From contig NC_086097.1 of assembly GCF_963921235.1 (NCBI RefSeq), positions 158,722,001 to 158,786,000 of the forward strand: 64,000 nucleotides of DNA, given 5' to 3'. The notes below the pieces were generated by a model that searched no databases, was not told the DNA's origin, and worked only from the letters and a program-made list of their open reading frames with translations. This stretch comes from Mobula hypostoma (Eukaryota). Numbering within the stretch: position 1 is the first letter of the stretch; each line of letters begins with the position of its first letter. This document shows positions 49,131-60,609 of this stretch, in pieces. Made by a program: the position numbers and the translations under genes.

Positions 49131-49819
49131 GTTGGTTGAGGAAGTGAAGCAGTGCCTCACTGATTGATGAGAATTCTTTGGGAAAGTGGACATAGACAAT
49201 CCATTGAATAGAACTTGCCCATGTTTCTGGAACACAATTAATGGAGTTGTGTTTTGCAGATTTTAACACAGTTAATTTTTTGAAATATGTCTGATTTTGC
49301 TTTTGTGAAGGCTCTGTATAAATCAAATAATTGGGAAAATGCCATTACAAATGCCTGATGGGAAATGGAGACAGAGGAAAAGGAAACAATTGTCACTGAG
49401 AAAATGATTGAAGAACATGAATTCAATTCAAGAAATCATGGCAACAATTAATGGCTTGAATGGAAACTCGGGAGTGGGAAAGTGTTGATGCTGGATAGCG
49501 TCAGGGGAATGTCTCCTGGATCTCTGCAGCTTCTTCAGTGGAAGATGGTCAGAGAGAGGAGAGAGTTGCATTCATGTCATGGCGAGATGCAGAACTGAAA
49601 TGTCAGGATTCCTTAAGTCTGTGGTCATTTAATACACATAATTGTGCATTTATTTTTTAAACAATTTGCTCAGAACTCCTGTCACACAATAAAGGGTTAG
49701 GTTACCTTCTGATGTTACAGAGAAGCTTCTGTGATGTCAGAACCATGTCATAAAGATGTAATCTGCTGTAATTAATCTTTTATTTAATTTTATCAATGTA
49801 TTTACTTTCAAATGTATTA

Positions 49820-50026
49820 CCTTTGAACAGGTGATATTGACTGTCTCAGTGAATTAGTTCTAAGTAGTACACTTCTTGACGTCATTGGCCTTGACATCGT
49901 GCTCCGAGAAACCATAGCTCCAACAGTGGGACACAACCGCATAAATAAACAGAATTTTAGGGGCAGGGTGGAAGCCTTGAGAAGACACTGCCAAAACGGA
50001 GGTAAGAACCTCCAACACAGTGGCAA
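49820..50026 (-). CDS. Candidate host coding exon (possible alternative first exon), product unknown
   Basis: Non-repetitive, locally CpG-enriched; open frame ..MRLCPTVGAMVSRSTMSRPMTSRSVLLRTNSLRQSISPVQ ending at donor AAG|GTAAT. A plus-strand exon reading (49831-50001) is also possible. Confidence 0.35.
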
Positions 50027-50726
50027 TTTGTCCCACTTTCTCTCAGCAGAGTAACGTGGACCAGAAGTAGTTCAACAGAAGAGAAAGTACGTACTACAGT
50101 TTGACTCCGTCCTTTCTAAACAGCATGACTTCAACCAATCCGTTTAGTCTGTATTTCTTTTGTGCATTTTATAAAGGAAAAAACTTTGAACAAATCTTAG
50201 GACATGACAGTATTCTGTCTGACATTTCCAGCACCACAGATAAAGGAAGTCACTTGATACAGACTAGCATTCAGCTGTCATTATCTTATCTCTTTGTTCT
50301 CCTCTCTCAGTGGAAGTATCTGTTCATTTTCATTCAGCTTACAGATATAAGGAAAGCTTTTCAGGTGGCTGAGCAGTGTGAACCTCATCAGCTATTGCTG
50401 GCAATAGAATCATTTCCTTTTATTCATTTGTAGGATCTGGGCTTCACTGGCAAGGCCAGCTCCTTATTACTTGTCTCTAGCATTTTGTTGCACCTGAGAG
50501 GTTTGATGAGGGCTGTTAAAGAGTGAACCACATTGCTGTGGGTCTGGAATCAGTCCTTAAAGGAACAGCTGAACCTGTTTGAGTTTTACACTAAAACAAC
50601 TCCATGGCCATTTTTTTTTAAGTTTCTTTTTTATTATTAAATTAATCTTACATTTTCTTTATCAATCAGCCTTTTTAAGCTTTGCATGTCTCATTTAAGT
50701 TAAGTTCAAAGTACAATTATTATCAA

Positions 50727-50895
50727 CAACACAAAATAATCTGCAGATGCTGCGGTCAAAGCAACACTCACAACACGCTGGAGGAACTCAGCAGGTCAGG
50801 CAGCATCCGTGGAAACGATCCGGCCCAAATGGTTGACTGATCATTTCCACGGATGCTGCACGACCCGCTGAGTTCCTCCAACATGTTGTGAGTGT
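50727..50895 (-). mobile_element. 169-bp fold-back PLE-derived insertion
   Basis: Arms AACACTCACAACA..CAGCATCCGTGGAAA / TTTCCACGGATGCTG..TGTTGTGAGTGTT; 15-bp TSD TACAATTATTATCAA / TACAATTATAATCAA. Confidence 0.85.
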
Positions 50896-51307
50896 TACAA
50901 TTATAATCAAAATACATTATACAGCCTTGAGATTTGTCTCCTAATAGACAGCCATGAAACAAAGAAACACAAAAGAACCCATTATAAAAAGGGAGGCCAT
51001 CAAACACCCAATATACAGAGAGAAAAATCACAAATAAAGCAAACAATAAACACAAGCAAATAGCATTCTGAACTGAAGTCCACAGAGAGTCTGTCCCCAG
51101 ACATTGACTTCAGCGCAGAGCGGAACAGTGAGTTGAACTGGCCCATCACTTAATGCGGTCCCAACATTTTGACATTTTCAATCTGGCCTGGTGTTTAGAT
51201 CATCGTCTAAATGTTGGGTTCAGTCGGTTTGGTACGCTTTGGAGCCTGGACCCCGCCACCTCAATTCGGCTTGTGCCTGACCTTTCTGATTTGGCCCCCG
51301 GCACTTA

Positions 51308-51545
51308 CAAACATCCCACCCTGCAAAAACTCATTTCATGGAGGTAGCACCATCAATTTGCGGGAGACTCCCGGAACTTCCAGGAGAGGTGGGATGTCTG
51401 CAATAGAGTAGCTCCCTAGCAGCTAGCCAGCTAGTTTAAATAATGTTAGCTATGCTAATGAACAAATGACACCTGCTAAAGTCACTTCAACATGTCTTTT
51501 ACAGTCTTAACCCACCATGGGCAATAGAAAAGTCACTGTTGCAAA

Positions 51546-51576
<31 letters not shown>

Positions 51577-51710
51577 CCTCTCTCTCGTGCTCTCTCGCTT
51601 GCTTGCTCTCAAATTGATTTCCGTGATATTGTATATAATTTGCGGGCATCAGGGAGCCACTATTAATATGCAGGAGACTCCCGGAACTTCCGGGAGAGGT
51701 GGGATGTCTG
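51308..51710. mobile_element. Non-autonomous DNA transposon with 6-bp TSD (copy 2)
   Basis: CAAACATCCCACC..GGTGGGATGTCTG flanked by perfect CACTTA | CACTTA. Confidence 0.88.
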
Positions 51711-51789
51711 CACTTAAATGGCATGGCACCTATATCATCTCCTATGGAATCAGACAGCCATAGAAGTCTTGTGTTGGAAGTGTTGCTGT

Positions 51790-52100
51790 CTTGGTATAGC
51801 TGGTAGAGTCGCTCTTTCACAGTATCAGAGACCCAGGTTCAATCCTGACCTCAGTTGATGCCTGGGTGGAATTTGCATACTTTCCCCGTGTCCATTTGGG
51901 TTTCCTCCCACATTCCAAAGTCATACGGGATAGTGGGTGAATCAGCCACAGTAAATTGTCCATAGTGTGCTGGAGACTGGGAGGATCTGTGTGCCTGTGT
52001 GTAGGGATGTTGATGGAAATGTGCACAGAATAAAGGATAGGATTAAAGAAGGATTTGTGTCAGTGGGTGGCTGGTGTTGAGTGCAGACATTGTGAGCTGT
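51790..52100 (+). mobile_element. V-SINE/HE1-like tRNA SINE
   Basis: TGGTATAGCTGG..GGTTCAATCC A/B boxes; GGAATTTGCATACTTTCCCCGTG core. Confidence 0.7.
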
Positions 52101-53677
52101 GTGGAAATATAAGGCAGCACAGTCTAAGAGGAGCTAGTAGATGTTAGATACTGGGACTTTCCTGTCGGTCATCTTGTTGCTTTTCCAACACAAAAAAAAA
52201 ACAAACAATGCCAGAACCACTCAATAGGTCAGGCAGTGTCTGTTGAGAGAGAAAAAGATCTAGCACTTTAGTTCAAAGAGATGCTTCTTCAGAACTATGC
52301 TAGCAGGAAGCCTCTATCACCATTTACATTTCAGTTAGATTGTGTTCATTCTCATCCAGCACTCTAGCCATGTGACATTTAATGTGCCTTGCATCTTCCA
52401 GTTGTCCTTTCATGGTCCACAAGTGGACCGTCTTCTATGGGTTATTTCATGCCCTTTGGTGGTTTGTTTAACTGTCTCTACATGCCTCATAACCAAAAAC
52501 ATTTTACTAACAATGGAAATTGGTCTAATTAAATAAAAGAATTCTGAGAATGCCAAATAATAAATGTATTTAAAATACGTAATGAAAATGATTGAAATAA
52601 AGAGAAATAAGTAGACTGAGTTAAACTTAGCTTTGTAATGAGGTTAACGATCCAACCCAAGTGAATCTTTCTTCTGATGCCTGGCTAAAAGCTGGGGCTT
52701 TGTTCAGCTCAGTGCATTACAGAGATAACACTGAGTGCAAGGCCAGCGGGGCACCAGACACACTACTATTTGACCTCTGGAGCATTCTGTTCTTCTCCAC
52801 CGCTGTAATATGCTGATACAGAAGTCTGAAACACACTGAAGTGTGCACTGCGTGGTCTATGAAAATGGGGCCTTTTCAATTAATGTAGCTAGCCCTTAAT
52901 GTTTGTGTCCATTGCAGTGAACTTTATAAGTTGCAGATAATTACCATAGTTTGCTATTGGAGATCACTGCCTGAAGATATAAAGGGGTGAGTGAACACAT
53001 CCATGTATTCAGTAAGCATAAATTGTAGAGTTGAAGCTCTCTGCTGATGGAGTTGCTGGTGCGTTCTGTCAAAGGGTGATCGAGTTACTCTGGTAGGAAT
53101 AAGGCTGACTTCTAACAGTAGCTGAATGAATTAAATCAGTTATGTTACAGAACTGACAGAGAGCACATGAAACTTAACAATGACAAATGCAAAGTTATTC
53201 AATAAATGTATGGCCTAAGTGTGCAGTTAATCAGGTTAAATTGCCTCACAAATATTTAGAAAGGGACTGTAGAACATATTACAAGAGACGTATTGCTAAC
53301 AATATAGAAAATGACATTGCTGAAACAGTCTGAATAATAGATTATATGCAGTAATTTGATCTGACAATAGGATAAACACTTTATGCTATATATTGGAAAG
53401 AAGATTGTTAAATGGCAAAAGGTTGATATAATATATAATCAACAAAGATAGAATGTCATATGGTATAAATCACAATGGGAAGTACTGATGAGGGAGCCAA
53501 GCCACTTCAGTGTTTAGCTCTCTCTCTTTTGCTACCATTAACTTAAACAGTTTAATTTTATTAAGGCTGGAAATACGTGGTATTGATTACATATTTTGAT
53601 AATCCTGACCACTGCACACAGTGCATCAATGTCTTGATTCCTAGTTGGGAAGCTTTATGTGTGTTAGAAGCAAGCAA

Positions 53678-54022
53678 TAGTGGCACAGATAACAGATAAC
53701 CTTCATGGTTGCAGCAACCCAGGTTTAATCCTGACCTCCAGGACTGTCTGTATGATTTTAGTACATTCTCCTGGCAATAGCATGGGTGTCCTCACTACAT
53801 CCCAAAAAATACGTAACTTGCTGGGATATGCAGCCATTGTGAATTGTCCTTGGTATGTAATTGAGTAGTCAAATCTGGAGGGGACGGAGCTGAAGAGAAT
53901 GTGGGGAGAATAAAATGGGTTAGAATAGGACTGGTGTAAAAAATGGGTGCTTGTTTTCTTTGTGGATTTAGGAAGCCAAAAGCCCTGTTTTGGGCTGTAT
54001 CTCTCTTTGAATCTATAACTCT
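53678..54022 (+). mobile_element. V-SINE/HE1-like tRNA SINE (degenerate)
   Basis: GGTTTAATCCTGACCTC..TTTAGTACATTCTCC; CR1-like 3' tail. Confidence 0.6.
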
Positions 54023-54604
54023 AAGGACTGAGAAATTCTTACGCAGCTGATTTTTTTGTATGTTACATAAAGGAATTAAATCTGATTGCTTGTGGGTCCT
54101 TTCTTTGCAGGTTGTATATCGGTATTTCGAAGCAGGGGCCTGCATGTATTTCATTAGTATAATCATGCCCAAGCATGGCATGGTTCACTGCCCGGGAAGC
54201 AGAAATGTTGAGGCTTATTTTTGTGTTGCTCTAACCTCACCTGATTTATAAGTGCAAGCTGGCTAACCTTTTCATAGGTCCTGCTTTAATGGCCCTCCTG
54301 ATTAGAGATGCCAAATTCCCTGAGGTTCATCCCCCTCTCTCCATTGTCTCTCTTTTCCCAAAGCTGCAGTTCCACTGTTGTCAGAGGGGCTTTCACAAAC
54401 AAGTTGCACTCTGTTCGGAAATTTACTGCCTTCTGGTGACCCAGGAATGAAAATGGTTATCAGCTCTCTGTAGGTGGCAGGTCTCGGGCACACCATCTCT
54501 CCCTGTGATACAATTCCATAAATATTGATTTTCGTTAGAGCTTGGGTCTCGCACACAGAGTTCCACACTCTGATATTAATTTGCAGATGCTAACTCACTA
54601 GGAT

Positions 54605-55190
54605 AAAGTTGACTTATTATTGTTATCACAAGTACTCAGGTACAGTGAAACAATTGTCCTGGCTACTGTTTATACAGATCAAATCATTACATGGACTGTA
54701 CATTGAGCTAGGATAAGGTAAAACAGTAACAATGCAGAATAAAATGTAAAAATGTAGTGCAGGTAAATGTAAGTGCAAAATCATAATGATGTCGATTGCG
54801 AGCCAATCTTGTTGTATAAAAGGTTTGTTCAAGGGTCTGATAACAGTGAGGTTGAGCCCGGTGATACATGCATTGCAACTTTTGTATCTTCTGCCTGATG
54901 GGAGAGGGGAGAAGAGAGAATGTCCTGGGTCAGTGGGTCTTTGCTTATGCTGACTGCTTCATTGAGGCGGCAAGATGCATGGACAAAATCCAGAGAGGGG
55001 AGGCTGGTTCCTTTGATGTGTTGAGCTGTGTCTATAACTCCCCGCAGTTTCTTGTAGTCGTGTGCAGAGCAGTTGATCTGCTAAACCATAATGTATCCAG
55101 ACAGATTGCTTGGTAAGAGTTGGCAAAGACATGCTACATTTCATTAGCCTCCTGAGGAATTAGAGGCTTTGATGAGTTTTTTTGCCTATG
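54605..55190 (-). mobile_element. Rex1/Babar-like LINE 3' fragment
   Basis: Homologous to 7985-8072 / 13545-13760. Confidence 0.65.
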
Positions 55191-55557
55191 ACTTGCCTAT
55201 GAATGTCAGGTTATTGGCTCCCAAGGAATTAACACCTCCACATTTGCCTGTATCCAAATCTATTTGCTACAAATATGTCATGTAAATTCATTTATTAATT
55301 TTACTTTTTAAAAGTCTTTCTTTAGTAATAAAACTAATAAAGCTAAAGAACATAACACATAGGGATTTGGTAATCCCTGCAATATATCTGAAATGACAAT
55401 ATGTTGAGGTTGCACTACAATAATTTATTCCTCTTTTTTTCCTGCTCATTTGCAATTATATTTAGTTACTTCTTCAGTAGATCATTGGATACTTTGTTAG
55501 ACATGATTGATTCTACCAATATGTTTTTGAATTCATAATCAATCTTACTTATTCAGT

Positions 55558-56441
55558 CAAGATGGCGCCAGTGTACAACGCTCCCTCAGTCGAAGTCTTC
55601 CAGACAGCAAACAAAAATAGATTTTTTTAACTTCTTTTACATCTGTTTTTCACCGTAAATCTGTTTCTGGAGCTGCTAGAGCCTGCGATTTCCACCTTGG
55701 AGATGATTTAAGTGATTCCGTGCTTTGCTGGCTCCACGAAGGTTCTGGGAAACAGGCGTGTTCTTGGATGGTGTCAATGTGAAGAAACTTCGAGACAGGG
55801 CGCGAGCCAATGTTCAACCCCATTTTGCCATTTAAAGCCTCAAGGAAGATTGAGACATTGAGGTGAATACAGAGGCGAGCAGGAGTTTCAGCACTGACTG
55901 CCTATTTTTTGATCACTGCCAGAGAAGGAGTCTGTGAGTGGCCTGTTGCTATGTGCTCACTGTGGCAGGTGAGAAGGCCTCTCTGCCTCAAGTGATGTCC
56001 CTGTCCCTCAACGAACATCAGTGACATCGTAGGATGCTATTACATTCTGCGCTTATTGATTGGACTATTACATTTATGGACTGTGGACTTTTTCAGACTT
56101 AAGTTTTTCATATTCTGTGTTTTTTTTAATTACCTAGTCCTTTTCGGTTTTGTTGTGCGAGGGGAGGTGTTTAGCAATTGGTGTTCTGTTAATTTTTTGT
56201 GTGGGGAGGGTTGTTTTTTTGGGGGGACGATGTTCCTGTTGCGTTTTGTGCAGGGCGAGGGTTTTTTTTTGAGTTTTTAGGAGGGGTTGATGATTGGGAA
56301 GTTGTGCTTTTTTTGTACAGGGTGGGGTTTGATGTTACGATCTGAATGACTTCCATGTTCTTTCTTTGTTTCGTGGCTGTCTGGAGAAACACAGTTGTAT
56401 AGGGATACACGCTTAGATAATAAATGAACCTTTGAACCTTT
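55558..56441 (+). mobile_element. Non-autonomous retroposon with YY1-motif 5' end, G/T-rich body and Rex-like tail
   Basis: Starts CAAGATGGCG and ends ATAATAAA-TGAACCTT-TGAACCTT; relatives at ~50700-51300 and 56760-57870 (minus). Confidence 0.55.
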
Positions 56442-56804
56442 TCTTTATTTAGAGACGGAATCTGTAAGGTCTCCAACAGCCACCCAGGAATGAACAACAG
56501 TTGTGAACTTATATGAACCGTGCACCACTTCCCATGCTGATAATTAAAATTTTGGCTAAAATATCTTGAAGTATACAGTTTAATGATGCAAAATGTGAGA
56601 ATGAGAAATAGGAGCAGGGATATATTATTTAGTCTGTGAAGACTGCTCCATCATTTAACAAGATCTCAGCTTGTCTTCCTCTTCAACAATTTTTTTCAGA
56701 TTCAGATTTATTTATCACATGTACAGTACATCGAAACATAGTGTGATATGGTTCAGAAAAGGTTCAAAGTTCAAAGGTTCATTTATTATGAAAGTATGCA
56801 TGCA

Positions 56805-57382
56805 AGTTCCAAGGTTGTCAAGCCAAGGACTGGTAGTGGGGACAAGCTCCCACTATCTAAAAGTGCTCCTCACGGCATGCATCTCAAATAGCCTCTGACA
56901 ACCAAGTCCAACTCCTGGCCTTCTCGTGTGGCTTAGCCTCTAAGCCCGGCCGAACTGTTTCTACTGACAGGAGAAGGGGCGAAGGCGGGTCCTGGCGCCT
57001 TAAAACCAGTGCTTCGGGTGGATGGAGCTCGTCAGCCTGGGAAGGGAGTCCATCTAAGAGAGGAAAGCTCTGATTTCAAACCTCTGCTGCCTTGCGGCCA
57101 TACCCACTCATGGGAGGGGCTTCAAGAGTAAACCCTGAGGCAAACCCGGAGCTGGAGTTACTAAGGCATTCCGATGTTGCCTACAACCTCATTCTGGCAA
57201 TTCCTGCAATAACACTGGTGCCAAGCTGTATCAGCCCTTGCCCTTCCCTTGGACAACATCAGTGTCGTGGAGAGGGGAGACTTGCTGCATGGACAACAGC
57301 TGGTCATCCATACAACCTTGCCCAGGCCTGCGCCCTGGAAAGACTTTCCAGGCACAGATCCATGGTATCGCTAAACTAACAG
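56805..57382 (+). mobile_element. RTE-type non-autonomous retroposon (5' UTR-like, highly structured)
   Basis: GC-rich hairpin array; approximate TSD ATGCATGCA / ATGTATGCA; 3' part matches 7630-7743. The RTE assignment is from recalled similarity. Confidence 0.55.
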
Positions 57383-60188
57383 ATGTATGCAGTATACAAC
57401 TCTGAAACTGACCCTCTCCAGATAGCCACAAAACACAGACAAACCGTGGAAGTCAGTTGAGAGACAAACAGCAACCCACTCCCCCTGCACATAAAAGAAC
57501 GGCAACAAGATCATCAAACCCGAAACCTCCCCTCCCTCCGCATAAAACTCAACAAGAACATTGGCCCCGAAATTCCCCTCTCTTGGCACAAAAAACTAAC
57601 AAAAACGCAATAAGAACATCGACATGTCAAACCCCCTCCCCCACACACAAAATGCAACAAGGATATCAACCTCCAAATCCGCCTCTCCCCGTAGAAAAAA
57701 ATAACTAAAAATGCAACAAGAACATCAACTTTGGACCCCTCCCCTCCCAAACACAAAATACCACAAGAATGTTGACCCCATAAATCCCCCTACCCCCACG
57801 TAAAAAATGAGAAAGAATGGGCAAAAACACAGAATATTAAAAACTATATGATTGACAAAAGTTCATAGCCTACATAGAACATACATAGAATAGTACAGCA
57901 CAGTACCGGCCCTTTGGCCCACAATGTTATGCCGACCCTCAAACCCTGCCTCCCATATAAGCCCCCACCTTAAATTCCTCCATATACCTGTCTAGTAGTC
58001 TCTTAAACTTCACTAGTGTATCTGCCTCCACCACTGACTCAGGCAGTGCATTACACGCACCAACCACTCTCTGAGTAAAAAACCTTCTTCTAATATTCCC
58101 CTTGAACTTCCCACCCCTTACCTTAAAGCCATGTCCTCTTGTATTGAGCAGTCGTGCCCTGGGGAAGAGGCGCTGGCTATCCACTCTATCTATCCCTCTT
58201 ATTATCTTGTACACCTCTATCATGTCTCCTCTCATCCTCCTTCTCTCCAAAGAGTAAAGCCCTAGCTCCCTTAATCTCTGATCATAATGCATACTCTCTA
58301 AGCTAGGCAGCATTCTGGTAAATCTCCTCTGTACCCTTTCCAATGCTTCCACATCCTTCCTATAGTGAGGGGACCAGAACTGGACACAGTACTCCAAGTG
58401 TGGCCTAACCAGAGTTTTATAGAGCTGCAACATTACATCGCGACTCTTAAACTCTATCCCTCGACTTATGAAAGATGATACCCCATAAGCTTTCTTAACA
58501 ACCCTATCCACCTGTGAGGCAACTTTCAGGGATCTGTGGACATGTAGCCCCAGATCCCTCTGCTCCTCCACACTACCAAGTGTCCTGCCATTTACTTTGT
58601 ACTCTGCCTTGGATTTTGTCCTTCCAAAGTGTACCACCTCACACTTCTCCAGGTTAAACTCCATCTGCCACTTCTCAGCCCACTTCTGCATCCTATCAAT
58701 GTCCCTCTGCAACCTTTGACAATCCTCTACACTATCTACAACATCACCAACCTTTGTGTCGTCTGCAAACTTGCCAACCCACCCTACTCTCCCCACATCC
58801 AGGTCATTAATAAAACTCACGAAAAGTAGAGGTCCCAGAACAGATCCTTGTGGGACACCACTAGTCACAATCCTTCAATCTGAATGTACTCCCTCTACCA
58901 CCACCCTCTGCCTTCTGCAGGCAAGCCAACTCAGAATCCACCTGGCCAAACTTCCCTGGATCCTATGCCTTCTGGCTTTCTGAATAAGCCTACCGTGTGG
59001 AACCTTGTCAAATGCCTTACTAAAATCCATATAGATCACATCCACTGCACTACCCCCATCTATATGCCTGGTCACCTCCTCAAAGAACACTATCAGGCAT
59101 GTTAGACACGATCTGCCCTTCACAAAGCCATGCTGACTGTCCCTGATCAGACCATGATTCTCTAAATGCCCAGAGATCCTATCTCTAAGTATCTTTTCCA
59201 ACAGCTTTCCCATCACAGACGTAAGGCTCACTGGTCTATAATTACCCGGACTATCGCTACTACCTTTCTTGAACAAGGGGACAACATTCGCCTCCCTCCA
59301 ATCCTCCGGTACCATTCCCATGGACAACGAGGACATAAAGATCCTAGCCAGAGGCTCAGCAATCTCTTCCCTGGCCTCGTGGAGCAGCCTGGGAAATATT
59401 CTGTCAGGCCCCGGGGACTTATCCGTCCTAATGTATTTTAACAACTCCAACACCTCCTCTCCCTTAATATCAACATGCTCCAGAACATCAACCTCACTCA
59501 TATTGCCCTCACCATCAAGTTCCCTCTCATTGGTGAGTACCGAAGAGAAGTATTCATTGAGGACCTCGCTCACTTCCACAGCCTCCAGGCACATCTTCCC
59601 ACCTTTATCTCTAATCGGTCCTACCTTCACTCCTGTCATCCTTTTTTTCTTCACATAACTGAAGAATGCCTTGGGGTTTTCCTTTACCCTATTCGCCAAG
59701 GCCTTCTCATGCCACCTTCTTGCTCTTCTCAGCCCCTTCTTAAGCTCCTTTCTTGCTTCCCTATATTCCTCAATAGACCCATCTGATCCTTGCTTCCTAA
59801 ACCTCATGTATGCTGCCTTCTTCCACCTGACTAGATTTTCCACCTCACTTGTCACCCATGATTCCTTCACCCTACCGTTCTTTATCTTCCTCACCGGGAC
59901 AAATTTATCCCTAACATCCTGCAAGAGCTCTCTAAACATCAACCACATGTCCATAGTACATTTCCCTGCAAAAACATCATCCCAATTCACACCCACATGT
60001 TCTAGCCTTATAGCCTCTTAATTTGCCTTTCCCCAATTAAAAATTTTCCTGTCCTCTCTGATTCTATCCTTTTCCATGATAATGCTAAAGGCCAGGGAGC
60101 GGTGGTCACTGTCCCCCAGATGCTTACCCACTGAGAGATCTGTGACCTGACCCGGTTTATTACCAAGTACTAGATCTGGTATGGCATT

Positions 60189-60609
60189 AACATCGACTTC
60201 TCTAACTTTCGCTAATGCCCCACCTCCCCCTCGTACCCCATCTGTTATTTATTTTTATACACACATTCTTACTCTCACTCTCCTTTTTCTCCCTCTGTCC
60301 CTCTGACTATACCCCTTGCCCATCCTCTGGATTCCGCCCCCCCCCCGTCTTTCTCCCCAGACCTCCTGTCCCATGATCCTCTCATATCCCCTTTGCCAAT
60401 CACCTGTCCAGCTCCTGGCTCCATCCCTCCCCCTCCTGTCTTCTCCTATCATTTTGGATCTCCCCCCTCCCCCTCCCACTATCAAATCTCTTACTAACTC
60501 TTCCTTCAGTTAGTCCTGACGAAGGGTCTCGGCCTGAAACGTCGACTGTACCTCTTCCTAGAGATGCTGCCTGGCCTGCTGTGTTCACCAGCAACTTTGA
60601 TGTGTGTTG
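60189..60609 (+). mobile_element. 5'-truncated Penelope-like element inserted in the young CR1
   Basis: Begins with the ORF C-terminus (G)INIDFSNFR*, then polypyrimidine tract, hammerhead and tail; flanked by TGGCATT (60182-60188, 60610-60616). Confidence 0.85.
60512..60547 (+). ncRNA. Minimal type-I hammerhead ribozyme, consensus core
   Basis: AGTC-CTGACGA-AGG-GTCTCGG-CCT-GAAA-C-GTC-GACT with palindromic ACGT in place of helix III. Confidence 0.8.

Noticed and set aside
54111..54251. Strong acceptor TTTCTTTGCAG followed by an open frame
   Set aside because: No convincing donor and no recognisable peptide; may be non-coding.
56905..56980. Twister ribozyme (AAGCCCGG..GGAG..GGG resemblance)
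   Set aside because: Lacks the UAA cleavage loop and the GUCCCAAGC-type loop of twister.
57939..59996. Long ORFs as a host gene or active LINE
   Set aside because: CR1 ORF2 with an internal stop, a 5' truncation and a PLE insertion.
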